Of a stretch of 32,000 nucleotides of DNA, positions 1-10,358 are shown piece by piece (the first letter of the stretch is position 1; the number at the start of each line of letters is the position of its first letter). Position numbers and translations under genes: made by a program. This DNA comes from Zymomonas mobilis subsp. mobilis ATCC 10988 (GTDB lineage: Bacteria; Pseudomonadota; Alphaproteobacteria; Sphingomonadales; Sphingomonadaceae). The stretch spans positions 1 through 32,000 of the forward strand of contig NC_017180.1 in assembly GCF_000175255.2 (NCBI RefSeq). Reading direction: 5' to 3'. Under the pieces are notes generated by a model. It ran no database searches, was not told the origin of the DNA, and worked only from the letters and a program-made list of their open reading frames with translations.

Positions 1-2
1 TA

Positions 3-392
3 ATGTTACAAACAACACATCTAGAGCGTGCGCTTAAACGCCTCAAAGAGGGCTGGGCACGTTATTTGGCTCACTCAGATGATGAGCAACTACGAGACGG
101 GCTAATCCAACGTTTTGAGTTCACTTATGAAATTTCACATAAAATTATTAAGCGATATCTCGAATTAACGTCTCCATCTCCTGATTTGTATGATCGCATG
201 GATTTTGCAGATATCATTCGATCAGCAAGCGAAAAAGGAATCTTGGAAGGTGATTGGAGGCAATGGAAAAAGTACAGAGACAGAAGGAATTTAACAAGTC
301 ATACGTATAACGAAACAAATGCTGAGATTGTTGTTGAGATAATACCTGAATTCATCGAAGAAGTGGAATATTTTTTAAGAAAAATAAAATGA
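3..392 (+). CDS. HEPN-domain toxin-like protein / nucleotidyltransferase substrate-binding protein (HI0074/HepT family)
   Basis: 129 aa ORF with 'YRDRRNLTSHTY', i.e. the RX4HXY HEPN motif (residues 95-102). Its stop overlaps the next ORF's start (389), and that ORF begins with an MNT domain. Confidence 0.85.
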   Translation: MLQTTHLERALKRLKEGWARYLAHSDDEQLRDGLIQRFEFTYEISHKIIKRYLELTSPSPDLYDRMDFADIIRSASEKGILEGDWRQWKKYRDRRNLTSHTYNETNAEIVVEIIPEFIEEVEYFLRKIK

Positions 393-1972
393 CAATGATG
401 TCCAAAATTGATGTTTCCCCTGAGGATTGGCTTATCATCAAAGCGATACTTCAGGGATTTGTCCCACAAAAGGAAGTGTGGGCGTTCGGTTCACGTGCAC
501 GTTGGACTGCTAAAGATTATTCTGATCTGGATATTGTAATACTTGGTGAGGAGCCTCTCTCCGAAGAATTATTTATGGATTTGGAAAAAAATTTCACAGA
601 ATCGGATTTACCTTGGAAAGTAGATATTGTTGATTGGTACAATTTAGACGACGATTTTAAAAAGATAATAGAAAAAGATTATGTTGTGATACAAAAAAGA
701 AATATCACTAAATGGCCATCCGTTCGCCTTGATTCGATTTTAGTACCAACCGAAAGAATTTCTTATGGTGTCGTTCAACCTGGCAAAGAATCCTTAAATG
801 GCGTACCCATTGTGCGTGTATCAGATGTACGCGATGGAATGATAAAAACAGAAAAGCCTTTAAAAATTTCACAAGAGGTTGAAAATTCGTATTTACGCAC
901 ACGTTTAACAGGAGGCGAACTCTTGCTGAGTATCGTTGGCACTGTTGGCGAAACGGCTATAGTGCCAGAATCTCTTAAAGGATGGAATATCGCACGCGCA
1001 ATTGCACGCATTCCAGTCCGAGAAGATATCGGCGCTCGATGGGTACAATTAGCACTTAAAACAGAAACCATTAAACAACTTATCAACAGCAAACTCAACA
1101 CAACCGTACAACCAACACTTAATCTTCGTGATGTTTTTGAATTACCTGTACCGTTCCCATCTAAAGAAAAACGCTCCAGTATTCTAAACATCCTCGGCTC
1201 CCTCGACGACAAAATCGACCTCAACCGCCGGACAAACGAAACACTGGAAGCCATGGCGCGAGCGTTGTTTCGGGACTGGTTTGTCGACTTTGGGCCGACA
1301 CGGGCAAAAATGGCCGGAGAAGCCCCTTACCTCGCACCAGAACTGTGGGAACTTTTTCCCGACAGGCTGGATGATGAAGGTAAGCCAGAAGGGTGGAAAA
1401 ATAGTCAAATTGGCAAACAATTTGATATTACCATGGGACAGTCCCCTCCTGGATATACATATAACTTAGACGGCAATGGTAAGCCTTTTTATCAAGGAAA
1501 AGCTGACTTCGGAACCATTTTCCCAACTCGTAGAATGTATTGCGCAGCCCCAAATCGTATGGCTTATACGTTTGATAGTTTGGTCAGCGTACGAGCACCT
1601 GTTGGAGAGGTAAATCTTTCAGCTGAAGAGTGTTGTATCGGAAGGGGGTTAGCAGCCATTCGCCATCCGCAGAATCTGCCTTACTATACCTATCTTGTAA
1701 TGAAATCCCTAAGAAAAATATTTTTTTCTTTTGAAGACAACGGCACAGTATTCGGCTCCATCAACAAAAAGCAATTTGAAAAATTGGGTGTTTTAGAAAG
1801 TAAAGTCGAGAATGTTTTTGAGAAACGCGTAGACCCAATTTTTAAAAAAATTATTACCAATGAAGCCGAATCTTATACTCTTGCCCAGCTCCGAGACCTT
1901 CTTCTCCCAAAGCTCATGTCTGGTGAAATAAGTATCCGGAATGCCGAAAAGATGGTGAAAGACGCGGCATGA
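389..1972 (+). CDS. hsdS: Fusion protein: N-terminal MNT nucleotidyltransferase domain plus type I restriction specificity subunit (HsdS)
   Basis: N-terminus 'FGSRARWTAKDYSDLDIVI' matches GSX10DXD, with a downstream acidic strand 'KVDIVDW'. It continues in frame into TRD1 ('VRLDSILVPTERISYG...VPIVRVSDV'), the central conserved region ('SKEKRSSILNILGSLDDKIDLNRRTNETLEAMARALFRDWFVDF'), TRD2 ('ITMGQSPPGYTYN') and C-terminus 'LLLPKLMSGEI'. Confidence 0.9.
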   Translation: MTMMSKIDVSPEDWLIIKAILQGFVPQKEVWAFGSRARWTAKDYSDLDIVILGEEPLSEELFMDLEKNFTESDLPWKVDIVDWYNLDDDFKKIIEKDYVVIQKRNITKWPSVRLDSILVPTERISYGVVQPGKESLNGVPIVRVSDVRDGMIKTEKPLKISQEVENSYLRTRLTGGELLLSIVGTVGETAIVPESLKGWNIARAIARIPVREDIGARWVQLALKTETIKQLINSKLNTTVQPTLNLRDVFELPVPFPSKEKRSSILNILGSLDDKIDLNRRTNETLEAMARALFRDWFVDFGPTRAKMAGEAPYLAPELWELFPDRLDDEGKPEGWKNSQIGKQFDITMGQSPPGYTYNLDGNGKPFYQGKADFGTIFPTRRMYCAAPNRMAYTFDSLVSVRAPVGEVNLSAEECCIGRGLAAIRHPQNLPYYTYLVMKSLRKIFFSFEDNGTVFGSINKKQFEKLGVLESKVENVFEKRVDPIFKKIITNEAESYTLAQLRDLLLPKLMSGEISIRNAEKMVKDAA

Positions 1973-4900
1973 GCTTTCTGTCTGAAAACGAGATCGAAGA
2001 CTGGGCTTGCGATATTCTGCGCGAATGTGGCTACACCATTGTCTGGGGGCCAGATATTGCCCCCGGTGGCAAAAAGCCGGAACGCGCCTCGTTATCGGAC
2101 GTCATTCTGGAAAAACGCCTGCGTGCGGCCATAGACCGTTTGAACCCACACCTTCTCCAAGCCTCGCGGGATGAAACTCTGCTGGCTCTGATCCGCGAAG
2201 ACACACCCGACCATGTGGACGAAAACCGCCGCCTGCATGATTATCTGGTCAATGGCGTGCCGGTAGACGTGGTGCGCGAAGATGGCACACAGTCTGGCGA
2301 CCGGGTGCGCCTTCTGGATTTTGATACCCCGGAGAATAATGACTTTCTGGTCGTGCGCCAGTTCGTCCTTGAAAAGGACGAGGCCAACCGCAGGCCAGAC
2401 CTCGTTCTGTTCATCAACGGCATGCCGCTTGGAGTGGTGGAACTCAAAAGCCCCAGTTCCGAGAACGCTACGCTGGATTCCGCATGGAACCAGTTCCAAA
2501 CCTATCGCAGCCTTATTTCCTCCCTGTTCCGTTTCAATGAAGCGTTGATGATTTCAGATGGTACACAGGCCCGCGTTGGCTCCCTCACAGCCGGCCGTGA
2601 CCGCTTCATGCCATGGCGCACCATCAACGGCGAAGACCTGATCGCCAAAAACCATGAGGAAATGGAAACCGTATTGCGGGGCGTGTTTACGCCACACTGG
2701 TTTCTGGGTCTGATCCGTGACTTTGTGCTGTTTGGCGAGAAGAACGGGAGTCCTATCAAAATTCTGGCGGGCTATCACCAGTTTCATGCCTGCCTGAAGG
2801 CTGTGACGCAGACTGTGCGGGCCTCTGCCCCGGATGGAAACCGCAAGGTGGGTGTAGTCTGGCACACGCAGGGGTCCGGCAAGAGCCTGCTCATGACGTT
2901 CTATGCAGGCGTGATCGCCCGCCACCCGGAGATGGAAAACCCCACCATCATTGTGCTGACAGACCGCAATGATCTGGACGACCAGCTCTTCGCCACCTTC
3001 TCCGGCGCGCAGGCTTTACTCCGTCAGATACCGGAACAGGCGGACAGCCGAGACGACTTGCAGAAACTCCTCCGGCGTACCTCGGGCGGTGTCATCTTTA
3101 CCACCTTGCAGAAGTTCCAGCCCGAAGACGGCGAAACCAGCCTGCCCATGCTGACCGACCGGCGCAATGTGGTGGTCATGGCAGATGAGGCGCACCGCAG
3201 CCAGTATGGGCTGGAAGCCAAATTCAACCCTAAGACCGGCAAAATGACCTATGGATTTGCCAAATATCTGCGCGACGCCCTTCCTAATGCCTCCTTTATC
3301 GGCTTTACCGGTACACCCATTGAAAATGCCGATGTGAACACACGCGGCATCTTTGGCGACTACATCGACATTTACGACATCGCGCAGGCTGTCGAGGATG
3401 GCGCAACCGTGCCTATTTATTACGAAAGCCGCCTTGTGCGCATCGAACTGGATGAAGACCTCAAGGACGAGCTGGACGATGAACTGGCCGATATTGTCGA
3501 AGGGCTTTGCGAGAACGAGGAACACAAGCTCAGCCAGAAATACTCCCGCGTAGAAGCTTTGGTCGGCTCGGAACCCCGCCTGCGCCGGATTGCCGTAGAC
3601 CTTGTAACCCATTTTGAAAACCGCCTGAATGCCCTTGAAGGAAAAGGCATGATAGTTGGTATGAGCCGGGCCATTTGTGTGGCTCTGTATAACGAGATCA
3701 TCCGCCTGCGCCCCGCATGGCATAGTGATGATGACAATGAAGGAGCCATCAAGGTGGTAATGACCGGCAGTTCATCCGACCCTGCCGGGTTGCAGCCCCA
3801 TATTGGCAAGAAATCCAAAGCCCGACGTGAACTACTGGCAAAGCGCATGAAGGACAACAATGACCCGCTCCGTCTGGTTATTGTGCGCGACATGTGGCTG
3901 ACGGGTTTTGACGTGCCTTCCATGCACACCATGTATGTGGATAAGCCTATGCGCGGGCATGGATTGATGCAGGCCATTGCCCGCGTCAACCGTGTATTCA
4001 AGGGCAAACCCGGTGGTCTGGTGGTAGACTATATCGGCCTCGCTCAGAATCTAAAGGCGGCTCTGGGTGAATATTCAGCCGGAGACCGCGAGCAGGTCGG
4101 CATTGATGAAGGCAAAGCCATCCGCGCCTTGCAGGAACGCTACGAAGTCGTGCGAGCCATGTTCAATCCTGGTCAGGCCGCTGGCTTTGACTACCGCCCA
4201 GCCTTGCAGGACGAGGCAACAGCTAAGACCAAGCTCTCCATCATGGCAGGAGCACTTGACCATATTCTGGGTCAGCAGCAACGCGCCATGGTAACAGCCA
4301 AAAGCGCTGAAGAGCGTAAAGCGATCCAGAAACGCTACCCGGATGGAGTCAAGGCGCTTTCAGTCGCCTTTGCTCTGGCCTCTGCCAGTGATGAAGCTGC
4401 CAGACTGCGCGATGAAATCGGGTTTTTCGAGGCAGTCAGGGCGGCACTGGTCAAAAGTGCGAGCAATGGCAGCGATGGACGCAGTGCGCAGGAACTCGAG
4501 CTAGCTATCAAGCAACTGGTCAGCAAGGCGGTCATTTCAACCGATATTATCGATATCATGGAAGTCGCAGGCATTGGAAAACCTGATATTTCCATCCTCT
4601 CGGACACCTTCTTGCAGGAAGTGCGGGAAATGCCTCAGCGCAATCTGGCCATTGATGCGCTCAAAAAGCTGCTGGAAGGCCAGATACGTAGCCGCACACG
4701 CACCAACATCACGGAAGCCGAAGCTTTCTCACAAAGACTGGAACAAGCTGTCGCCCGTTACCATGCCAATGCACTCACATCTGCCCAGATACTGGATGAA
4801 CTTATCCGCATGGCGCATGATATGGTCTCCGCTTGCGACCGGGGCGAGGAACTGGGACTGACACAGGAAGAAATCGCCTTTTATGACGCACTCGCACAGA

Positions 4901-5154
4901 ATGAAAGCGCCAAGGAGGCCATGGGTGACCCTGGTCTACGCGCTATTGCTACAGCTTTAGTAAAGACCATTCGGGTAAATGCTACCGTTGATTGGACCGT
5001 CATGGCCCAAGCCCGCGCCAAAATGCGTACATCTGTCAAGCGTCTACTTCGCCGCTATGGATACCCGCCTGATATGCAAGATGAAGCTGTACAGCACATC
5101 CTGCGACAGGCCGAACAATTTGCACCTGTTTGGGCTGAGCAAGGAGGTATATAA
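1969..5154 (+). CDS. hsdR: Type I restriction endonuclease subunit R
   Basis: 1061 aa. Nuclease motif 'RRPDLVLFINGMPLGVVELKS', Walker A 'HTQGSGKSLLM', DEAH box 'MADEAHRSQYG', 'GFTGTPI'. Overlaps the hsdS stop. Confidence 0.97.
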   Translation: MSFLSENEIEDWACDILRECGYTIVWGPDIAPGGKKPERASLSDVILEKRLRAAIDRLNPHLLQASRDETLLALIREDTPDHVDENRRLHDYLVNGVPVDVVREDGTQSGDRVRLLDFDTPENNDFLVVRQFVLEKDEANRRPDLVLFINGMPLGVVELKSPSSENATLDSAWNQFQTYRSLISSLFRFNEALMISDGTQARVGSLTAGRDRFMPWRTINGEDLIAKNHEEMETVLRGVFTPHWFLGLIRDFVLFGEKNGSPIKILAGYHQFHACLKAVTQTVRASAPDGNRKVGVVWHTQGSGKSLLMTFYAGVIARHPEMENPTIIVLTDRNDLDDQLFATFSGAQALLRQIPEQADSRDDLQKLLRRTSGGVIFTTLQKFQPEDGETSLPMLTDRRNVVVMADEAHRSQYGLEAKFNPKTGKMTYGFAKYLRDALPNASFIGFTGTPIENADVNTRGIFGDYIDIYDIAQAVEDGATVPIYYESRLVRIELDEDLKDELDDELADIVEGLCENEEHKLSQKYSRVEALVGSEPRLRRIAVDLVTHFENRLNALEGKGMIVGMSRAICVALYNEIIRLRPAWHSDDDNEGAIKVVMTGSSSDPAGLQPHIGKKSKARRELLAKRMKDNNDPLRLVIVRDMWLTGFDVPSMHTMYVDKPMRGHGLMQAIARVNRVFKGKPGGLVVDYIGLAQNLKAALGEYSAGDREQVGIDEGKAIRALQERYEVVRAMFNPGQAAGFDYRPALQDEATAKTKLSIMAGALDHILGQQQRAMVTAKSAEERKAIQKRYPDGVKALSVAFALASASDEAARLRDEIGFFEAVRAALVKSASNGSDGRSAQELELAIKQLVSKAVISTDIIDIMEVAGIGKPDISILSDTFLQEVREMPQRNLAIDALKKLLEGQIRSRTRTNITEAEAFSQRLEQAVARYHANALTSAQILDELIRMAHDMVSACDRGEELGLTQEEIAFYDALAQNESAKEAMGDPGLRAIATALVKTIRVNATVDWTVMAQARAKMRTSVKRLLRRYGYPPDMQDEAVQHILRQAEQFAPVWAEQGGI

Positions 5155-5255
5155 ATATACTAAATTTATATGATTTTTTTTGTATTAAAACGCGACCAGC
5201 AAGACCATTTTCTTGTAAATGACGAGCAATGCTAAATAGATTGAATTCTTTCCTT

Positions 5256-5264
5256 GGGGGGGGG
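5256..5264. repeat. Poly-G homopolymer tract (9 G) in the intergenic region after hsdR
   Basis: Read directly: 'ccttGGGGGGGGGcaatt'. Confidence 0.9.
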
Positions 5265-5709
5265 CAATTGCAAAAAAATAGGAAAACTTTGGGTATTAAG
5301 AAGTGGAACGCATTACATAGATAAGCTTGGAAGACTAAGTGATTTTTGGTAGTAATGCGCCTGCCAATAAACGGCTTTTATATTGGTTAGCTTTCTCTTT
5401 CAGTCGTGTAAGATGTAAATTTTCGCCCTCGGTTGTAGTAATTATAAAAGAAGTTACTCGATCATTTTGAACCTATGATAATTCGATTTTTCTAGTAACC
5501 TTAATAAATGAAGCAGTCCCGACGTGTCACCATATGCTATAGCAAAATAAGAAAACCTTTCTTCGCCTTTTTGAATCTTGCTGCTGTAAAATTATGACTA
5601 CCTTTTTTTGTCAACAGTACCTAATTATGTCATGAATTTTGAAAAGATTTATTAGTATAATAACCGAATATATCGTTCTATAGATAACGATAAATATTTT
5701 TGTGACATT

Positions 5710-6813
5710 TTATTTCGTAACATTTGAGATAATCTTAGAAATAGCTATTTCAAAAAAATTGAGTTCTTGAGGAGTTGCTGTCCCAACCCTGATCCAATTC
5801 AAATAGTTAGGATCGTTAAAAATACGAACATCTACGCCTTGAGACATGAGGGCGTCTTTCATTTTTTGCGCAGGTCGTAAAGTATTAATATAAACAAAGG
5901 TTCCTTCGCTCGGTAAATAAGGTAATCTATTATTTTTACATATTTTGTAAATTATCTTTCGACAAGAATTTAAATAGTTTATTGCACCTTGTAAGTAATT
6001 AGAATCTCTAAAACAGGCTTGTGCAGCAGCGTAACCCGCTTGATTTCGAGAGGTTGTTGTTAAACTGTACAGTTGTTTAATCCGTTGTGGTTGGGCAAGG
6101 CAATATCCAATTCTTAGACCTGCAAGTCCATATACTTTTGAAAATGTACGTGTAACGATTATATCAGCATTTTTATTAAGTAACGGAGCAACTGTTTTTT
6201 GAGAAAAATTTGATAAAAGTTCATAATAAGCTTCATCAATAATGATAGGTATCTTTGTAGATATTTCTATACAGAAACTGAATAATTCAGATATATCAAG
6301 TACAGTCCCTGTTGGATTATTGGGATTGCATAAATAAATAAGTGCGGTTTGTGAGGTTATTGCAGATTTTATAGCTTCTAAGTCGATCTTATGGTTTTTT
6401 AATGGTATAAAATCTACAGTTATACCTCGCCGTTGTGCATATGATAGATGAGTAGAATAAGTTGGACTAGGCGCAATAATTGTTCCATTCCGTCCAATAT
6501 CAGCAGAAAGCAAAGACAAAGTATCAAGAGATCCATTTGATAGTCCGACCTGTTCAACTTTAAGATGCTCATACTGCGCAATTTTTACTCGTAGTTCGGA
6601 CTCGTCTTCTATGTAATAGGGAGCTTTTGATATACAGGCTGCAATAGCTTGGCGCGCATTGAGCGATGGGCCAAATGGATTTTTTGTAACATTTAACCTT
6701 GCCCGTATAGGTCTATCGCAGGATAACTGTGCATTTAATTCCTTATTTCCTAAAAAAGTCGGACCCATAATACTGGCAGCTTGTAAAATCTTACGTCGAT
6801 TAAGATGCACCAT
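5710..6813 (-). CDS. Histidinol-phosphate aminotransferase-like PLP enzyme with a Tat-like signal peptide
   Basis: Fold-type I aminotransferase motifs 'YLCNPNNPTGT', 'IIDEAYYE', 'TRTFSKVYGLAGLRIGY'. N-terminus 'NRRKILQAAS' resembles a twin-arginine signal. Confidence 0.88.
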   Translation of the reverse strand: MVHLNRRKILQAASIMGPTFLGNKELNAQLSCDRPIRARLNVTKNPFGPSLNARQAIAACISKAPYYIEDESELRVKIAQYEHLKVEQVGLSNGSLDTLSLLSADIGRNGTIIAPSPTYSTHLSYAQRRGITVDFIPLKNHKIDLEAIKSAITSQTALIYLCNPNNPTGTVLDISELFSFCIEISTKIPIIIDEAYYELLSNFSQKTVAPLLNKNADIIVTRTFSKVYGLAGLRIGYCLAQPQRIKQLYSLTTTSRNQAGYAAAQACFRDSNYLQGAINYLNSCRKIIYKICKNNRLPYLPSEGTFVYINTLRPAQKMKDALMSQGVDVRIFNDPNYLNWIRVGTATPQELNFFEIAISKIISNVTK

Positions 6814-7008
6814 CTGATAAATCCAAAGTAAAATGCGCTATTAGAAAATCTCTTTTATTTTTTATCACAAAAATATTACAATTTTGTAACATTAAAATGT
6901 TAATTAATAATAAAATTATAAAATGTCATATTTTTTTAATAATTTTCATAGATGGAAGCTCAATAAATGAAATGTCTGAGCCTCTTTATTATGATCTGGA
7001 AGAATATT

Positions 7009-9597
7009 ATGGCAATTCGAAAAGCTCTTCTGATTAGTACTTTTTCTACTTTAAGCATTACATCCACTAATGTTGTCTTCGCAGCAGAAAAAAAAGATAT
7101 AAATGACATCCAAAAACAAAAGGCGACAATAGAAAAATCAAATAATAACTCCGATATTTCACCAAATAATAGTTCGGATACTTTAATTGTTACAGGTACC
7201 AGAACGGTTAATAGGCAGGCGCGCCAGAGCGCTTCACCCGTTAGTGTATTGTCTGCAGCTAATTTACAGCGTTCTGGACAACTCAATTTAGCAGATGCCA
7301 TTACTCGAACTTATGCATCGATCAACGTTAGTACGATGGGGAATGATGCGGGGGCTCTTACATCGGCTTTTCGTATGCGAGGATTAAACCCAAATCAGGT
7401 TTTAGTACTTGTAAACGGAAAAAGGCGCCACACGACAGCCAATATTTATGCTGATGCAGGACCCGATTTTGGTGCAACGCCTGTTGATCTTAATATGCTT
7501 CCATCTGCATCAATAGAGCATATTGAAGTGTTAGAAGATGGGGCTGCCGCTCAATATGGCTCGGATGCTATTGCTGGCGTTGTAAATATTATTACAAAAA
7601 AAAGTAATAATGGTTTAAATGCGAGTGTCCAAACGGGTGCAAATGCTTATAATGGGGATGGTTGGCAATATCAGGCTAATATTGATGGTGGTCTTTCTTT
7701 AGGAAAAAATGGGTATTTGCATTTGAGTGCCCAGTCGTACCGTGCAAATCATATGGTGCCCTATACGGAAGATCATCGTTTGTTAGGATATAAGCCCGCA
7801 GGTGCGGGAACTTCTTTATATACCGATTCTGTTTCAGTCCCTCTTAATTCTAACAAGGTTATGAGTACCCCGAAAGAAACGCGCGAAAATTTGAGTATTG
7901 ATTTTGGCAAACCGCTTTCCGATGGAGTGGAAGGGTACGGTTTAATAACCTATGCTCATCGTCAGTCAGAGTCCTACCAAAATTATCGGACGCCTGATAC
8001 CGTACCCACTATCTATCCTTATGGTTTCTCGCCTCTCGAGACGATTAAAGAAAATGATTACGCAGCGACATTGGGTCTAAAAGGAGATAACCTTTTTGGG
8101 TTTTCTTGGGACGCTAGCTCAACCTATGGGGCAGATGAGGATGATATCGGTAATAAAAATAGTATAAATAATGGTATGCTCAGTACTAAATGTATTGACC
8201 GTCGTCAAAATCCTCAAACAACTAGCGCCTATGCTTCCAGTCAAGGGTGCGGTTGGTCACCAACAAAGACACGCGCCGAATCCTATCGGATGGCTCAGTG
8301 GACTAATAACTTAGATATTAGACGAAGTATAAATACCGGATTCGCTACTTCAACAATATTAGTCTTTGGTGCAGAACACAGACTTGAAACCTATGAAATT
8401 AAGGCTGGTGATCCGCCTTCTTATGAAGCCGGTGGTATGGCAGGATATGTTGGTCTTAGTCCGCAAAATGCAGGACATTGGAATAGAAACATTTTTGCGG
8501 GATATGTGGATGCTGATTTCCATCCTTTAAAAAAATGGAATATCGACTTTGCTGGTAGATTTGAACATTATTCAGATGTTGGAAATACTTTAAATGGAAA
8601 ATTTTCTACCCGCTATGATATTTCGCACCATATTGCCGTTCGTGGTACCGTTAGTAACGGTTTCCGTGCACCGACACTAGCAGAACAGCATTTTAGCTCT
8701 ATTAATGTTGGAGCAACAACGGTCTCTGGATTGCTGCCCGTAAGTTCGAACGCTGCTCATATTCTTGGAGCCTCTCCTCTTAAACCGGAAAGATCTTTTA
8801 ATGCCAGTGGTGGTATTGTTTTAGAGCCTATAAAGGGCTTTCATATAGAAGCCGATGCTTATCAAATTAATATTCGTAATAGAATTATCGCTGGAGGATC
8901 AACAAATGGCAGTAATGCAATTTCGGCATTGGATAGCTTGGGTTTTGTAATCCCATCCGGCTTAGATCCTAATGCTGTTAGTACTTATTATTTTGCAAAT
9001 GGAGCCAATACTCGAACCAGAGGGTTAGATGTAAAAGCGGACTATTTGGTTCATTTGCATGAACTCGGTATTTTATCACTCTCTGCTTCCTTAGACATTA
9101 ACAAAACCATTTTAACGCATGTTGCATCTACAACGGCGAATGGTGTTTCCGTTCCATTACTTAATGCTGCCACTGCTGGTTATATTACGAGTTCTTATCC
9201 TCGTAGTAAGTTAATCCTGAATGCTTTTTGGGAAGTCGGTAAATGGAATATAAATTTGCGTGAAACACGATATGGCTCCACAACTAATATGCTGGTTTAT
9301 CAAGATTGGACACCTAGTTCTGCAATATGTGAGGCAAATGGTAAAGCTTTGCGCTACTCAAATACTTGTTTTGCTAAATTTAAAAATACACCACGCTGGA
9401 TGACTGATATTGAAGTAGGATATAATATAAATTCAAAGATACATCTTGCTGTTGGTGCCAATAATATTTTTAATGTCCGACCTCGTCGTGTAAATCAAAT
9501 AAATAATAATTATGGTGCCCGTATTTATGACGCCAATTCTGCACAAGTACCAATGACTGGTGCTTTCTATTACGGGCGTGTTTCTGTAAAAATTTAA
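7009..9597 (+). CDS. TonB-dependent outer membrane receptor
   Basis: Plug domain 'TLIVTGTRT..AS PVSVLSAANLQRSG', 'MRGLNPNQVLVLVNGKRRH', 'IEHIEVLEDGAAAQYGSDAIAGVVNIITKK', beta-barrel C-terminus 'YYGRVSVKI'. The ORF opens at 6967; Met at 7009 gives a better signal peptide ('MAIRKALLISTFSTLSITSTNVVFAAE'). Confidence 0.93.
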   Translation: MAIRKALLISTFSTLSITSTNVVFAAEKKDINDIQKQKATIEKSNNNSDISPNNSSDTLIVTGTRTVNRQARQSASPVSVLSAANLQRSGQLNLADAITRTYASINVSTMGNDAGALTSAFRMRGLNPNQVLVLVNGKRRHTTANIYADAGPDFGATPVDLNMLPSASIEHIEVLEDGAAAQYGSDAIAGVVNIITKKSNNGLNASVQTGANAYNGDGWQYQANIDGGLSLGKNGYLHLSAQSYRANHMVPYTEDHRLLGYKPAGAGTSLYTDSVSVPLNSNKVMSTPKETRENLSIDFGKPLSDGVEGYGLITYAHRQSESYQNYRTPDTVPTIYPYGFSPLETIKENDYAATLGLKGDNLFGFSWDASSTYGADEDDIGNKNSINNGMLSTKCIDRRQNPQTTSAYASSQGCGWSPTKTRAESYRMAQWTNNLDIRRSINTGFATSTILVFGAEHRLETYEIKAGDPPSYEAGGMAGYVGLSPQNAGHWNRNIFAGYVDADFHPLKKWNIDFAGRFEHYSDVGNTLNGKFSTRYDISHHIAVRGTVSNGFRAPTLAEQHFSSINVGATTVSGLLPVSSNAAHILGASPLKPERSFNASGGIVLEPIKGFHIEADAYQINIRNRIIAGGSTNGSNAISALDSLGFVIPSGLDPNAVSTYYFANGANTRTRGLDVKADYLVHLHELGILSLSASLDINKTILTHVASTTANGVSVPLLNAATAGYITSSYPRSKLILNAFWEVGKWNINLRETRYGSTTNMLVYQDWTPSSAICEANGKALRYSNTCFAKFKNTPRWMTDIEVGYNINSKIHLAVGANNIFNVRPRRVNQINNNYGARIYDANSAQVPMTGAFYYGRVSVKI

Positions 9598-9866
9598 TTA
9601 TCTAAGTTATGTACGATTAAAATCGTACATAACTAATAATTATAAATTTATTTTGACAGTGATTTTTTTGAAACTTAAATGAATATATATAAATATGCGA
9701 TATTGTTTGGAATTTACTTAATTTTTTTGCAAAAAAATGCAGGATTGCAAAGTGCTCAACCGTATCGGATGTTCAATAAGATTAAACCATGTGACAACTT
9801 AGCCAATGAAAGATGGCTGAATCTTAGGCTTATGAGCTATTAACTTATTAACAGGTTGTTGTGATC

Positions 9867-9897
9867 CACAGGCTTACCGGTGGAAGATGAGCCTGTG
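9867..9897. repeat. Inverted repeat (CACAGGCT / AGCCTGTG) downstream of the TonB receptor
   Basis: Perfect 8-bp arms with a 15-bp spacer. No T tract, so not called as a terminator. Confidence 0.4.
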
Positions 9898-10322
9898 AAT
9901 GAGTTATTTTTGCCGTCTGAGCGCCTGATAGAGCCAATATCCGCGTTTTTCCTATGAGCTGTGGGTTCTAAACGGGATTGTCTACGTGATCCTTAACGGC
10001 TTCAGTAGAAAGATGCCTCGAAAGTCTATGAGACCGATACCAAGAGCAGCTTGGGTATTCGACAGAATTTTCGCCGCGCAGGTTGGCTGGTAAAAGCAGC
10101 TGATGATTGACGCCACTTCTTCCTGCTTAGAAAAGGGATTTTCTTCATTATATCGGACGGGCAAATAGTAGACAAACTCGACATTCCACGCCGCATGTGA
10201 GGCCCAAGGTCGTCCGATTTGTCTCCTTGACAACAAGAATTATAGGTTTTCATCGAAAACCTTCGAGCGTGTCGCCAATTATAATTTTGTCACCATTTAA
10301 TTTCATCTGTATATTTCTGAAA

Positions 10323-10348
10323 CTTATGATATACATGTATATCATAAG
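10323..10348. promoter_or_regulatory. 26-bp perfect palindrome upstream of the RelB-like antitoxin; candidate autoregulatory operator
   Basis: CTTATGATATACATGTATATCATAAG is its own reverse complement and ends 10 bp before the ATG at 10359. Confidence 0.75.
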
Positions 10349-10358
10349 GAGTGTTGAA

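Noticed and set aside
2092-3723. Antisense and alternative-frame ORFs inside hsdR (2092..2499, 2241..2447, 2554..2925, 3016..3723)
   Set aside because: They are shadows of a long, motif-supported hsdR gene on the + strand, with no recognisable domains.
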